Part shown: positions 52,231 through 62,383 of the stretch, one piece after another
Layout of the letters: each line of letters opens with the position of its first letter
Position numbering within the stretch: the stretch's first letter is position 1
Source of the DNA: Candidatus Latescibacterota bacterium
Lineage (GTDB): Bacteria > Latescibacterota > UBA2968 > UBA8231
Assembly: GCA_965248265.1 (NCBI GenBank)
Contig: CBDFJF010000002.1
Span: forward strand, 768,001 to 832,000
DNA: 64,000 nt
Reading direction: 5' to 3'
Program-made: the position numbers and the translations under genes
Notes under the pieces: generated by a model
Databases searched by the model: none
What the model saw: only the letters and a program-made list of their open reading frames with translations
What the model was told of the DNA's origin: nothing

Positions 52231-52364
52231 CTGGACTGAGTGGGCTACCTTTCCGCTATTGGCGGCGACCTCTTCGCTGCTGGCTCTGGGCTGGATCCGG
52301 AGAAAATTGCGGTTCGCGGAGAGTGCAGAAGTCGCGGTGGCCGAAAGCGCTCAGTGACACGGCA

Positions 52365-53378
52365 CTACCTGTGCAAAGCTGCCAGTTTCGCCGCCAGGTT
52401 ATAGCCCATTTCGATCATGCCGTTGTCGCCGGGGTGGATGAGGTCACCGGTCAAGCCGCTGATGTCCGTGAGCAGCTCTGGACCCTCCACCAGGTGGGCG
52501 TTTCCATGGGGACAAGCCTCCAGTGCCCGGCGCAGTGCATGGCGGTACTCATCCGGAACGCCGCCGTACTCCCCCCCAACGTCCTGGCCGAAATCGCGGT
52601 AATAGGGATACAGCGTGATGCACGCGATCGGACGGCGGGTGTCAGCGCCGGCAATCGTGTTCACGAGGTAGGAAACGCGCGTGTAGAATTCGTCCAGCGG
52701 GAACCCCTGCATGTTGACGGACAGTCCGAGACTCGCGATATGCCAATCGTCTCGCGCTGCGATGTAGTCGGCCAGCTCCGCCTCGCAGTGAGCAGAGCCA
52801 CCCACACCAAGGTTGATTAAATCCGCCCCCAGCCGCCGCGCCGTTTGAGCCACGTAGTTGAGATGAGGACCCTCGGAGAAGAAGCCATGGGTGATCGAGG
52901 TGCCGTAGGACAGGTAGCGCAGAGAGGGGAGCTCGTCGGCTCGAGGCGGCCTGATACCCTCACCCTCGATGCCGTGCAGGTAGACGGGATCCCGCTGCGT
53001 TCCACCGAGTAGTACCCGGTAGACCTTCGGTGAAAAGCTCATGTCGGACCAGTACGCCTGATCCAGCTCTGCCAGACGCGGATTGGCTTCGAGTTCGAGC
53101 GTCTGCGGCTCGGGCCCGATCATGAAGCGCTGCATGTTGTCGAAGAGGCCACAGAAAATGGTGACCTTTGATTCGCCTTCCGACGACAGGGTCAGTCGTG
53201 GCGTGCCCTCGGCGACGAGGCGGATCTCGATGTTGTCCGGCTGCAGCATCCGCATCTGCGCGGTCTCGTTCAAATGTTGGCGGACTTCCTCGGGCACGCG
53301 TTGCAGTCGCAAGCCCGCGACACCGGGAACCGACTGTACATCACCGACGTTGTGCAATTCGATATTGTCGTGAATCAA
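52365..53378 (-). CDS. SGNH/GDSL hydrolase family protein
   Basis: YGTSITHG (block I), NLGVGG, SVN, DLIHP (block V). Confidence 0.85.
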   Translation of the reverse strand: MIHDNIELHNVGDVQSVPGVAGLRLQRVPEEVRQHLNETAQMRMLQPDNIEIRLVAEGTPRLTLSSEGESKVTIFCGLFDNMQRFMIGPEPQTLELEANPRLAELDQAYWSDMSFSPKVYRVLLGGTQRDPVYLHGIEGEGIRPPRADELPSLRYLSYGTSITHGFFSEGPHLNYVAQTARRLGADLINLGVGGSAHCEAELADYIAARDDWHIASLGLSVNMQGFPLDEFYTRVSYLVNTIAGADTRRPIACITLYPYYRDFGQDVGGEYGGVPDEYRHALRRALEACPHGNAHLVEGPELLTDISGLTGDLIHPGDNGMIEMGYNLAAKLAALHR

Positions 53379-54496
53379 TGAGTGCCTTCCTGTGCGAATA
53401 TCGCTTGCATGGTGGTCTCATTCAGGGTGTTCTTGACCGTCAAGCCAAATTCAGTCAACACGGTCTGGGAGCGGCCCGCAAACATACGTGGGGTCCACTG
53501 GTGATCCCATACCCAGGCGGTCCATCCAAGCCCGCGTTCGTCGCAGTAGTCAATCAAGGGTTGCGCGTATCCACGCACCGTCGCCGGGTGTTCATCTCCG
53601 AAAGCCCATTCACCCACGAACACCGGATAGCTCTCCAGCAGTTCGTCGACGACGCTCATCCAGCGATCGGAGACCCAGGGATACGGGTGGATCTCGTAGA
53701 CGACGTTGGCGCGCCGCACAGGGTCGGCGGCGATGCCGGACAGGTCGCTGGCGAAATTGACCCCGGATACCGTGACCAGGGCGCGCGGATCAATATCGTG
53801 AATGGCGTCGACGAGTTCCTCCGCCACCGGGCGCCAGTCCCGCCAGCTGATGAAGGCGGGTTCGTTGAAGGAACCATAGATAACCCAATCCATGTCGTGG
53901 TAGCGGTTGATGATGGCGGTGAGCGCGTCGATGGCGAGTTCGCGGTCTGGGTTGTACGGGTTACCCTGCCACGGTGCCACGAAGGCCCATGGGGTGTCCT
54001 CGACCTCGAGCGTTATGGGATTGCCGTGCGCATGGTACCCCAGGAAGACGTAGATGCCGTATTCGCGACCCCAATCGACGATCGGATCGACGTACCTGCT
54101 GAGGTACAGCGGATCGGAAGCGTACAGCTCTGGATGGATTGGCACCCTGATGATGTTGGCGTTCCAGTCTTCGGCCAACTCCCGAAAGTGACTCTCGCCG
54201 ACACGACGGCTACCGAACCGGTAGTCGTGCCACAACAACGGATCGATGACGGCGACGCCTCGCAGGATTCGCACATTACCCTCGGCGTCGACAATCTGGT
54301 TGTCTTGGACACTGAGACGAGACAGGGTGCCCGCGTCCGGTGGAGAACCATTGAAGGGCCCCAGCCCTGCCGGGTTGGAAGAGTCGCAACCAGCTACTGC
54401 CAGAGGGGCCACCAGGCAGAGCAGCCGGCTGAAGATGGCACACTTCGCTACGCAAAGTGTGGTCTGGGTCACACATGGGGACGTGGCCAAGATCAC
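53375..54496 (-). CDS. Glycoside hydrolase family 5 (cellulase-like), probable lipoprotein
   Basis: LRGV, NANIIRVP, YH, FNEP acid/base, YEIHPY, PVFVGEW nucleophile, GWTAW; lipobox AVAGC; start uncertain. Confidence 0.85.
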   Translation of the reverse strand: MILATSPCVTQTTLCVAKCAIFSRLLCLVAPLAVAGCDSSNPAGLGPFNGSPPDAGTLSRLSVQDNQIVDAEGNVRILRGVAVIDPLLWHDYRFGSRRVGESHFRELAEDWNANIIRVPIHPELYASDPLYLSRYVDPIVDWGREYGIYVFLGYHAHGNPITLEVEDTPWAFVAPWQGNPYNPDRELAIDALTAIINRYHDMDWVIYGSFNEPAFISWRDWRPVAEELVDAIHDIDPRALVTVSGVNFASDLSGIAADPVRRANVVYEIHPYPWVSDRWMSVVDELLESYPVFVGEWAFGDEHPATVRGYAQPLIDYCDERGLGWTAWVWDHQWTPRMFAGRSQTVLTEFGLTVKNTLNETTMQAIFAQEGTH

Positions 54497-54588
54497 AACA
54501 TCCTAGTGGCCCACGTCACTGCTCCCGGAGCCTCGAATCCGTACTCTCTCTGGGGTAGTTTGTTCATCGGTTTCCAGGAGAAAGAAAC

Positions 54589-56235
54589 ATGGACTGGATC
54601 ATTATCCTATTGATAGCCGCTGGTGCCGCGGCAGGTGGTTTCATCGTGTACAAGCGCAGGGCACCGAAAAAGAGCATGGTCCCCAGTCGAGTCGTCCAGA
54701 AGTTGGTCAAACTCGATCCGACTTCGGTATCGGTGGAAACGATCGCTACCAATGTACAAACTGACACCACCGCTGCGCATGGAAGCCGTGGCGGTGTCGA
54801 CCGCACGTCGGTCGGCTCAGCCTCACTGCTGCGCAGCAACCGCAAAATATACAGAGACAAGAAATACTTCTACATGACGACGCCGGACAAGCTCAAGTCA
54901 TCGGGCCAGGCGGACTTCAAGGCCGAAGGTGAGACGGTGCGCTTGAGCTTCGTGCGCCGGGGCGTCCCGCACTCGGTTTCTTGCCGCACGGCCGGCAGGA
55001 CCAAACTGACTCCAGAGCTGACTGAGTTGATGGATGCGCCGGTCAAGGTGGCCTACAAACTCTACCCGGTCGGGCGGATAACGAAGGAAGAGAAGCGCTC
55101 TTTCCTGCGGTATCTCGTCAATTCGACGGACGACAACGCCGCGGACAGCGCAGGAGAGACGACGTCATACGTTTCCTTCGACGTTTTTCTGCGACGCTCG
55201 GACAAGAGGGCAAGGAAGAGTACGAACACGGTGATCACCGATCTTCGAGTGGCCAATTTCAAGAATTCTGGCCGTTCGCACTTCAACGTCCATACCGTGA
55301 TCAATCAGTTTAGGGCCTACATGCTGATCAAGCCCTTCGATCAGCGCAAAGTCCAGGTCGAGAAATTGGCCGATCGGGAAACCCTGGTCGGCAAGATCCG
55401 GACACAGCTCCACCAGCCAGCGCCGAGCTGGACGGTCGAGTTGCTGGACCTGGAAGATGATGTCTCCCTTGACACGTTCTGTATCGAGCAACCCGGCTGC
55501 GGTGAGCGGCGAAGCGGACACCGGACAGCGCTCAATCCTGAGGACCGGGTCCGCATTTTTTTCCAGCGCAATGGCAAGCGTTACGAGATGGAAGGGGAAG
55601 TGGACCAGATCGGGGCTCAATACGCCGCCATCAGACCTGTTGGACCGCTGACCGAGGAGACCGGACTCGAGGTCTCCGTCATCGACTTCAGCGCCGGCGG
55701 TGCCCTTCTGCAGGGTAGCCGCAAGATGCTCGAATTCGTCCTCAACAAACGGATCAAGGCCAGGGAGATGTCGAGCGAGCATCCGGCTCACGAGGATCTG
55801 CTGCGCCGCTTCAAGCGGCAACTCATCCACTTCACATTCTATCCCAAGCTGCAGTTTCCGAATGTGGCCAAGCGCTTTCATCCTCGCATCCCCGAAAAGA
55901 TCTGTCTCCTCGGTCGAGTCATACGGTCGGAGTTCGTCCGCCGCCGAGGCAAGGAGGTGCTTCAGTACGGGATCCAGTTCGTCCATGATGCCCACTACGA
56001 CGCAGAGGCCGAGGGGTCGACTGCCTGGCAGCCGATCAGGGCAGGTCACGGAGAGCGCCATTTCAACGAGATCCATGCCAAGCTGGGACGGCTCAGTGGC
56101 TTTCTGGAAAGCCAAAACCGCGATGGCGGCAGCACCAGTGGATTGACCCAAGAGGTTCGCGATGACAGGGTCGCTCTAGTCGTGAACAAGGGAGCCTCAA
56201 CGGTGGAGCAGCGACGCAAACGCGCCAATTCCTGA
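54589..56235 (+). CDS. Membrane-anchored hypothetical protein with split PilZ-like motifs
   Basis: N-terminal TM; RSFLR (aa 170-174), DFSAGG (aa 366-371), GRVIR..YGIQF; RBS CAGGAG. Confidence 0.6.
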   Translation: MDWIIILLIAAGAAAGGFIVYKRRAPKKSMVPSRVVQKLVKLDPTSVSVETIATNVQTDTTAAHGSRGGVDRTSVGSASLLRSNRKIYRDKKYFYMTTPDKLKSSGQADFKAEGETVRLSFVRRGVPHSVSCRTAGRTKLTPELTELMDAPVKVAYKLYPVGRITKEEKRSFLRYLVNSTDDNAADSAGETTSYVSFDVFLRRSDKRARKSTNTVITDLRVANFKNSGRSHFNVHTVINQFRAYMLIKPFDQRKVQVEKLADRETLVGKIRTQLHQPAPSWTVELLDLEDDVSLDTFCIEQPGCGERRSGHRTALNPEDRVRIFFQRNGKRYEMEGEVDQIGAQYAAIRPVGPLTEETGLEVSVIDFSAGGALLQGSRKMLEFVLNKRIKAREMSSEHPAHEDLLRRFKRQLIHFTFYPKLQFPNVAKRFHPRIPEKICLLGRVIRSEFVRRRGKEVLQYGIQFVHDAHYDAEAEGSTAWQPIRAGHGERHFNEIHAKLGRLSGFLESQNRDGGSTSGLTQEVRDDRVALVVNKGASTVEQRRKRANS

Positions 56236-56303
56236 GGCCTACGACGTCGGCCCCGTGACAGCTCCTTGCGGTGGGTCGCGCTTGAGACTAAATACTCACG
56301 CGA

Positions 56304-58595
56304 TTGATAACACCACAGGGAGGAAGCGTGCTGCTGACGAGCGGACAGCCGGACAAGGCACAGATCCACCACAATCCGGAGATGTCCGACTCTGAACGGG
56401 CCCGGCGCTACGGGACAATCTCGTGTGATGGCCCATCCCGTCTACGCGTGGCGACCTTCACCACACTGCGATTCCTCTACAAGGCAGGAGACAGCGGAAT
56501 CGCATCAGGTGGACGCTTTCGAGTCGCCTGGCGGTGGCCTTTCGACTGGCATGAGCTGCAGACGGAGGAAGCAGCAGCAGCTGGTCACATGACGGTCCGG
56601 GTGTTGGGCGCATCCGGCGGCAGTAATAACTCATCTGTCGCCATCGCCCGCGAGCATACGTGGAATTTCGATCCGTGGAATCATTTTACAGAGGTCGTCG
56701 TCGATGAAGGTCGTCTCGAACCTGGCGATCGCATCGAATTGATATGCGGTGATCAGTCCCAGGGCAGTCCCGGCTGGCGGTCGCCGACGTTTGCGTGCAA
56801 GGCCGCACGTTTTCTGGTTGCCGTCAATTTGGACGGCGGGGATCGCGATTGGTATGAGCTGAACGAGTTGCCAGGTATCGCGGTCGAGCCGGGCGAGCCC
56901 ATGGCTCTCGAAGTCGTGGCGCCATCGCTGTGCATCGCCGGCGAGCACTTTGAGCTGCTGACGAAGGCCCTCGACGCGTGGGGCAACCCGACGGCCTTGC
57001 GTGGCGAGACCGAACTGTCGTTGGCGCCGGCGTTGGACTCCTGGTCTCATCAGTCGGTTGTTGAATCCAATCCCCCCGTTCGTCTACATCAAACCAAGAT
57101 TGACACCGCCGGCATCTTCCGTGTTTGCGCCAGGGCTGCCGGTGCCGCTGGTGATGAGCTCCTCGCTACCAGCAATCCGATCACGATCGAAGCACAGGCA
57201 CCCGATGGGCGACGACTGTTCTGGGGAGACATTCACTCCGGACAGACCGAGGTCGGTTGCGGCGCCGGGAGTCTGGCCGATCACTATCTTTATGCCCGCT
57301 ACGCCGCCGGTCTCCAGTTTACGACGCAGCAATCCAACGACCACTACGTGACCACACATACGTGGCAGCAGATCCATCGGGATACGCAGGAAGCCCACGA
57401 GGACGGTGCCTTCGTCACTTTTCTGGGATGCGAGTGGAGCCCGCTGACTCCTGTGGGTGGAGATCGCAACGTCATCTACAGGGATTTCGAGCAGGACCTG
57501 CACCGCTCGGGCCGGTTCTTCACCGAACGGGAGCCCGATCCAGTGACGGACCTGCCCACGGCCCCCGAATTTCACGAGATGATGAGAGAGCGGTCCGTGT
57601 TGGTGAACATGCATGTGGGTGGACGCCCGACCAACCTAGACTTCCACGAGCCGAAGATCGAGCCGCTGGCAGAGATCCACTCCACTCATGGCACCTCCGA
57701 GTGGTTCGTGGAGGATGCTCTGAACAGAGGCTACGTGGTCGGAATAACGGCCGGCACCGATGGAGTCACCGGGCGTCCAGGAGCTGATCACCCCGGGTGG
57801 CGCCAGTGCCGGAATCTGCACAACGGGCTCACGGGTCTGTATGCCGAAGCCCTGACCCGAGAAGCGGTATGGGAGGCGTTGTCGGCCCGGCGCTGCTATG
57901 CAACCTCGGGGGCGCGAATCCGGTTGTGGATGGAGGCCGACGGGCATTCGATGGGGGAATCATATGAGTCTGTTGAACCACCTACGTTGAAGGCATCGGT
58001 GGACGGCACGGCGGCGATCGAGCGGATCGATGTCCTGCGGGGCAGCGAGGTTGTGTCGCGGTACGCGTTCGCGGAACCCGGCCCGGTAGAGCGTATCAGG
58101 ATACTGTGGAGCGGCACCGAGACACTTGGCACGGCGCGACAGCAAACGGTCAGATGGGATGGCCGGCTCGAGATGACGGACGGATCCATTCTCGCACTGC
58201 GGCATGTTGGCGATCAGGCGGCCGATGATGAGTTCATGGTGGAGTCAGGCAGGTCTGTTTCATGGCGCACCGCCACCGCCGGGAATCGAGCCGGCATCGT
58301 GGTGGAGGTCGAAGGGCAGGAAGGGACAGAATTCCAGTTCAGGTCAGAGCAATGCGAATTCGCCTTTACACTGAGGCAAGCCCGTGAGGGTGTAGTCCAG
58401 CAAGCGGGGGAGTACCACAAGCAGGTCGAGGTGTCCACGGCTCCGCGTGAAGACGGTCCCAGTCATGCTGAGATAACGTGGAACGAAAGGGAAGACGTCT
58501 GGGGAACCCAACCGTACTGGGTCCGGGTCACGCAAATCGATCAGCAGGTGGCATGGAGCAGCCCAGTCTACGTGACTAGGGATCAATCTGAGTAA
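56304..58595 (+). CDS. DUF3604-like PHP-fold metal-dependent hydrolase
   Basis: FWGDIHSGQT, F.G.EWS..GGDRNV, EIHSTHG, G..AGTD, GLT..A..LTRE.VWEAL..RRCYATSG, YWVRVTQ.D...AWSSPV; start uncertain. Confidence 0.75.
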   Translation: MITPQGGSVLLTSGQPDKAQIHHNPEMSDSERARRYGTISCDGPSRLRVATFTTLRFLYKAGDSGIASGGRFRVAWRWPFDWHELQTEEAAAAGHMTVRVLGASGGSNNSSVAIAREHTWNFDPWNHFTEVVVDEGRLEPGDRIELICGDQSQGSPGWRSPTFACKAARFLVAVNLDGGDRDWYELNELPGIAVEPGEPMALEVVAPSLCIAGEHFELLTKALDAWGNPTALRGETELSLAPALDSWSHQSVVESNPPVRLHQTKIDTAGIFRVCARAAGAAGDELLATSNPITIEAQAPDGRRLFWGDIHSGQTEVGCGAGSLADHYLYARYAAGLQFTTQQSNDHYVTTHTWQQIHRDTQEAHEDGAFVTFLGCEWSPLTPVGGDRNVIYRDFEQDLHRSGRFFTEREPDPVTDLPTAPEFHEMMRERSVLVNMHVGGRPTNLDFHEPKIEPLAEIHSTHGTSEWFVEDALNRGYVVGITAGTDGVTGRPGADHPGWRQCRNLHNGLTGLYAEALTREAVWEALSARRCYATSGARIRLWMEADGHSMGESYESVEPPTLKASVDGTAAIERIDVLRGSEVVSRYAFAEPGPVERIRILWSGTETLGTARQQTVRWDGRLEMTDGSILALRHVGDQAADDEFMVESGRSVSWRTATAGNRAGIVVEVEGQEGTEFQFRSEQCEFAFTLRQAREGVVQQAGEYHKQVEVSTAPREDGPSHAEITWNEREDVWGTQPYWVRVTQIDQQVAWSSPVYVTRDQSE

Positions 58596-58606
58596 GGCAG
58601 CGTCCT

Positions 58607-59542
58607 ATGGGGGAAACCATGCTGGCATCAACCGAGCAGATCGACACCGGAGAATTCAAGCGGCAGAAGGACCACTTCACGGGGTGGGTCAAGGCGGATG
58701 GCTCCACTGAGTATCCTGCCGAAGCCGGGCGATATCACCTATATGTTTCGCTCGCATGCCCGTGGGCACACCGTACCGTTATCGTGCGCAAGCTCAAGCG
58801 TCTCGAGGAGGTTGTCGGCATGACCGTCGTCGATCCGATCCGGGACGATGAGGGATGGGCTTTTCGCGACGGGGAGGGTTATTCGGAGGATCCGGTCAAC
58901 GGCTTCAAGTTTCTGAGTGAGGCGTACCGGTCGACGGCACCGGATTACCTGGCGCGTTTCACGGTACCGGTGCTGTGGGACGTGCAACAGGCTCGCATCG
59001 TCAGCAACGATGATGACCACATCATGCGCATGTTGAACAGCGAGTTCGATGCGTTCACGGACAGCGATCTCGATCTGTACCCGCAGGCCTTGCGGGTCGA
59101 AATCGATAGCGTCAACGACCTGGTGTTCCCGAACGTCAACGACGGAGTCTACCGGGCGGGATTCGCTACTACCCAGCCGGCTTATGAGCGCGCCGTGACC
59201 AGGTTGTTCGCTACCCTGGACGACCTGGAGGAGCGTCTTTCAAGCCAGCGTTATCTGGTCGGCAGTCAGATCACGGAAGCCGACTGGCGACTGTTCACGA
59301 CCCTGGTGCGCTTCGACGCCGTGTATTTTGTCCATTTCAAGTGTAACGTGCGGCGGATCTGTGACTATCCCAATCTGTGGGGTTACCTGCGGGACCTCTA
59401 CCAGCAGCCGGGCATCGCCCAGACCGTGAACTTCGATCACATCAAGCGTCACTATTACTTCACGCATGACGATATCAATCCGTATCGAATCGTTCCGGTA
59501 GGCCCGGTGCAAAATTTTCTTACACCTCACGGGCGGGGATAG
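58607..59542 (+). CDS. yqjG: Glutathionyl-hydroquinone reductase (GST Xi/omega-like)
   Basis: GRYHLYVSLACPWAHR, TVPVLWD, GVYRAGFA, LF.TL.RFD.VY..HFKCN, HIK.HYY. Confidence 0.92.
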   Translation: MGETMLASTEQIDTGEFKRQKDHFTGWVKADGSTEYPAEAGRYHLYVSLACPWAHRTVIVRKLKRLEEVVGMTVVDPIRDDEGWAFRDGEGYSEDPVNGFKFLSEAYRSTAPDYLARFTVPVLWDVQQARIVSNDDDHIMRMLNSEFDAFTDSDLDLYPQALRVEIDSVNDLVFPNVNDGVYRAGFATTQPAYERAVTRLFATLDDLEERLSSQRYLVGSQITEADWRLFTTLVRFDAVYFVHFKCNVRRICDYPNLWGYLRDLYQQPGIAQTVNFDHIKRHYYFTHDDINPYRIVPVGPVQNFLTPHGRG

Positions 59543-59550
59543 CTTCGCTT

Positions 59551-59753
59551 TGGTGCCCTGTCACGGAAGTATTCTTGTATTCGGCCGCCGATTCATCCCG
59601 ACCTGCTGCGTGGGACCGAACTCTTAGAGTTCGGCCTCGTCCCTGAGCGCGCTCAATCGGCATATCCCACCGATATGCCTCACTCGCGCGCCTTGCAGGC
59701 CGGCCGACTCGGCGCCCTCATTTTCACAAGCCTACTTCCGTGACAGAGCACTA
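59551..59753. mobile_element. MITE-like non-autonomous element with terminal inverted repeats and internal hairpins
   Basis: Left TGGTGCCCTGTCACGGAAGTATTCTTGT versus right (reverse complement) TAGTGCTCTGTCACGGAAGTAGGCTTGT; internal hairpins at 59616-59634 and 59659-59679; no ORF. Confidence 0.7.
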
Positions 59754-60497
59754 AAAGTTCAATCCAAGACTCGCGCCGATGTGCAGATCGTTTTTTTCGA
59801 CCCCGTCTGGTGGCTCGGTGTCGAGGCGGTAGCGTAACGAGGTCGTCTGCTCGAGCGGCCCGATGATGGTGGTCGAGACTTCGAAATCGCCCAGTACTCT
59901 GGCGTCGCTCGGTTCCCTTATATCAAACTGGACGTAACCGGTGAAACGTGCGGTGGCGTCACCCCGTGCGGCTTGCAGGTTGACGTAATTGCTCGAGCGG
60001 ATGACCGACGTGCCATCTGGATGACGTGCGAATTCGGGCACGTCGATCCGTTCGTACTCCCACATCAGGCTGTTTCCGATGGAAAGGGCGAAGGCTTCTT
60101 GGTTGCGGATCACGGTACGCAGTCCGCTGCCGAAGAGCACACGGCTGTCCAGTTGTCGGGGGGCGGCGTAATCCGACTGCGCAAAGATCTCCAGTTGAAA
60201 CCGGCGCGGCGCGATCCGGGAGTAGCGCAGGTGGCCGAGGCCCTCGTTGGAAAAACGCTCCCCGCTGGCGAAACCGAGCAACCCGCGCCCGACGAAGAGC
60301 AAGCTGTAGGTCCCGGTCGAGTAGGTGATGTTGGCGGTGGCGCCGCCATCGAAGAACTCGGAATTGCCAGTGGCACCACCTGAATGCACGTTGACCTTAC
60401 CTGTGACACCGGGTCTACCCCGGTACAGCTCGATGTTGACCTGAGCTTCAGCGGTCGCGACTATCCCCAGTGTGCAAGCGATCATTAGAGCCTTCAT
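59751..60497 (-). CDS. DUF481-like outer-membrane beta-barrel protein
   Basis: Signal peptide AEA-QVNIE, GNS, HLRY, E.F.Q, G.GLR, C-terminal LGLNF. Confidence 0.75.
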   Translation of the reverse strand: MKALMIACTLGIVATAEAQVNIELYRGRPGVTGKVNVHSGGATGNSEFFDGGATANITYSTGTYSLLFVGRGLLGFASGERFSNEGLGHLRYSRIAPRRFQLEIFAQSDYAAPRQLDSRVLFGSGLRTVIRNQEAFALSIGNSLMWEYERIDVPEFARHPDGTSVIRSSNYVNLQAARGDATARFTGYVQFDIREPSDARVLGDFEVSTTIIGPLEQTTSLRYRLDTEPPDGVEKNDLHIGASLGLNF

Positions 60498-60637
60498 ACA
60501 ACGACCTTCCTTCCGTGCTGTACATCGACGTTTACCGGAAACCTAAGGCATGGCGGTGGCCATGACACACCGGGTCCTCGTGACCCAGGCCGACCTGCCC
60601 ACATTGACGACCATCCCGTCTTCAAACGATCAAGCCA

Positions 60638-61933
60638 TTGGCACGTAACAGGGTGTTCTACGGCTGGTGGATCGTCACCGCCGGCGCTGTCGTGGAGATG
60701 TTGTCGGGTGCGCTGCTGTTCCATGCCTTCACCGCTTACGTGTTGCCGTTGCAGGCGGAATTCGGCTGGAGCAAGACCCAGGTAGCGCTGGCCTTCGCGC
60801 TACAACGCCTGGAGAGCGGAATCCTCGGGCCGTTACAAGGCTGGATGGTCGACCGCTACGGTCCGCGCCTGATGATGTCGATAGGCATCATCATCTTCGC
60901 CGGTGGATTCGCTCTGTTCAGCCAGGTACAGTCGCTGGCCGCGTTCTACATCGCCGCCCTAGTGCTGGCCCTCGGATCCAGTCTTGGCGGATGGATGCCG
61001 ATCATCGCCTCGGTGACTAACTGGTTCGTGCGCCGCCGGGCGACGGCCATGGGCATCGTCATGTGCGGAATAGGGGTCGGTGGCTTCACGGTCCCGGGCG
61101 TGGTGTGGGTCATCTCGAACCACGGTTGGCGTACCATGGCGCTGCTGTCAGCCGGGCTGATCTTGTCGCTGGGCCTGCCGATCGCGCAAATCATGCGACA
61201 CCGGCCCGAGCCTTATGGCTACGCACCGGACGGAGTCGAGGAGGCATCGACGCGGGGGTGGGAGGTGGAAACCGGGCAGCGGCCGGCCAGAGCTCCCAGG
61301 TTGAGCGAGCCCGACTTCACGGCGCGTGAAGCCATCGCGACGCGATCGTTCTGGATGCTGATGCTCATCCACAGTACGGCCGTCGTCTCAGTCACCTCCA
61401 TCCTCGTGCACCAGATTCCGCACATGGTAGAGGGCGTCGGCTTGAGCGATGCAATAGCCGCCTCGATCGTTGCCGTCATGCTGGCTTTCATGATCATCGG
61501 CCAGTTGTTGGGTGGGGTTCTCGGTGACCGCGTCGACAAACGCTATCCGATATTCGTCGGCCTGTGGATGCACATGGTAGGCCTGTTGTCGTTCGCCTAC
61601 GCCACCTCTGTCACGGGCGCGCTCGTTTTCGCCGTCCTCCACGGCCTCGCCTGGGGCACGCGGGGTACGGCCATCAACGCGATACGAGCCGAGTATTTTG
61701 GGCGCCGAGCCTTCGCCACTATCAGTGGTTACGCGTCGCTGCTTATCATGGTGGGTGCGACGGCCGGACCCCTGTTCTGCGGGGCCGTCTTCGACTACAC
61801 AGGCAGCTATCGATTCGCTCTTGTCGGACTGGGGATCATATCCGCAGCGGTATCGATTGCCGTGTTTTTTCTGAAGCCGCCTTTGCAGCCGATGAGGACG
61901 ATACTCAAAAAAAATCCCGCGCCCGTGTCCTAA
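60638..61933 (+). CDS. MFS transporter
   Basis: FYGWWIV, G.MVDRYGPR motif A, WFVRRRATAMG, GDRVD, 12 TM helices. Confidence 0.92.
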   Translation: MARNRVFYGWWIVTAGAVVEMLSGALLFHAFTAYVLPLQAEFGWSKTQVALAFALQRLESGILGPLQGWMVDRYGPRLMMSIGIIIFAGGFALFSQVQSLAAFYIAALVLALGSSLGGWMPIIASVTNWFVRRRATAMGIVMCGIGVGGFTVPGVVWVISNHGWRTMALLSAGLILSLGLPIAQIMRHRPEPYGYAPDGVEEASTRGWEVETGQRPARAPRLSEPDFTAREAIATRSFWMLMLIHSTAVVSVTSILVHQIPHMVEGVGLSDAIAASIVAVMLAFMIIGQLLGGVLGDRVDKRYPIFVGLWMHMVGLLSFAYATSVTGALVFAVLHGLAWGTRGTAINAIRAEYFGRRAFATISGYASLLIMVGATAGPLFCGAVFDYTGSYRFALVGLGIISAAVSIAVFFLKPPLQPMRTILKKNPAPVS

Positions 61934-62006
61934 TCGGAGACCTCTTGTTCGTCATAGGGGTGAATACTCGCATACAGTACACGACACCACACCAGACAGG
62001 AGTAGA

Positions 62007-62372
62007 ATGATGACCGATTTTCTTATCATTTTCGAAGGTGGCGACAAGGAGTGGATGGAAACGGCGACCCCTGAACAGATGCAGGAAGTGATGCAGGAAT
62101 GGGGTGCCTGGTTCAAGCAGCTCGAGTCGACGGGTAATCTGCGCAACCCGGGGGCACCGCTGGCGAACAACGGCAGCATCTTGTCCCGGAACGGTGACGG
62201 CATCGCCACGGACACGACGATGTCTGAGGTCAAGGAGTTGATCGGTGGCTACTCAATTATCGCCGCTGAATCACTCGAAGAGGCGACCGAGTTGGCCAAG
62301 GGTGCTCCCTTTCTGGCCAGTGCGGATGGCGGCCGAGTTCATGTACGGCCGATCCTGGAAATGGGGGGGTAG
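62007..62372 (+). CDS. YciI/DGPF-family protein
   Basis: W..WF..L...G.L..G.PL, E.KELIGGYSII.A.S.EEA..LA...P, V.VRP. Confidence 0.85.
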   Translation: MMTDFLIIFEGGDKEWMETATPEQMQEVMQEWGAWFKQLESTGNLRNPGAPLANNGSILSRNGDGIATDTTMSEVKELIGGYSIIAAESLEEATELAKGAPFLASADGGRVHVRPILEMGG

Positions 62373-62383
62373 GCTTCAGTCCA

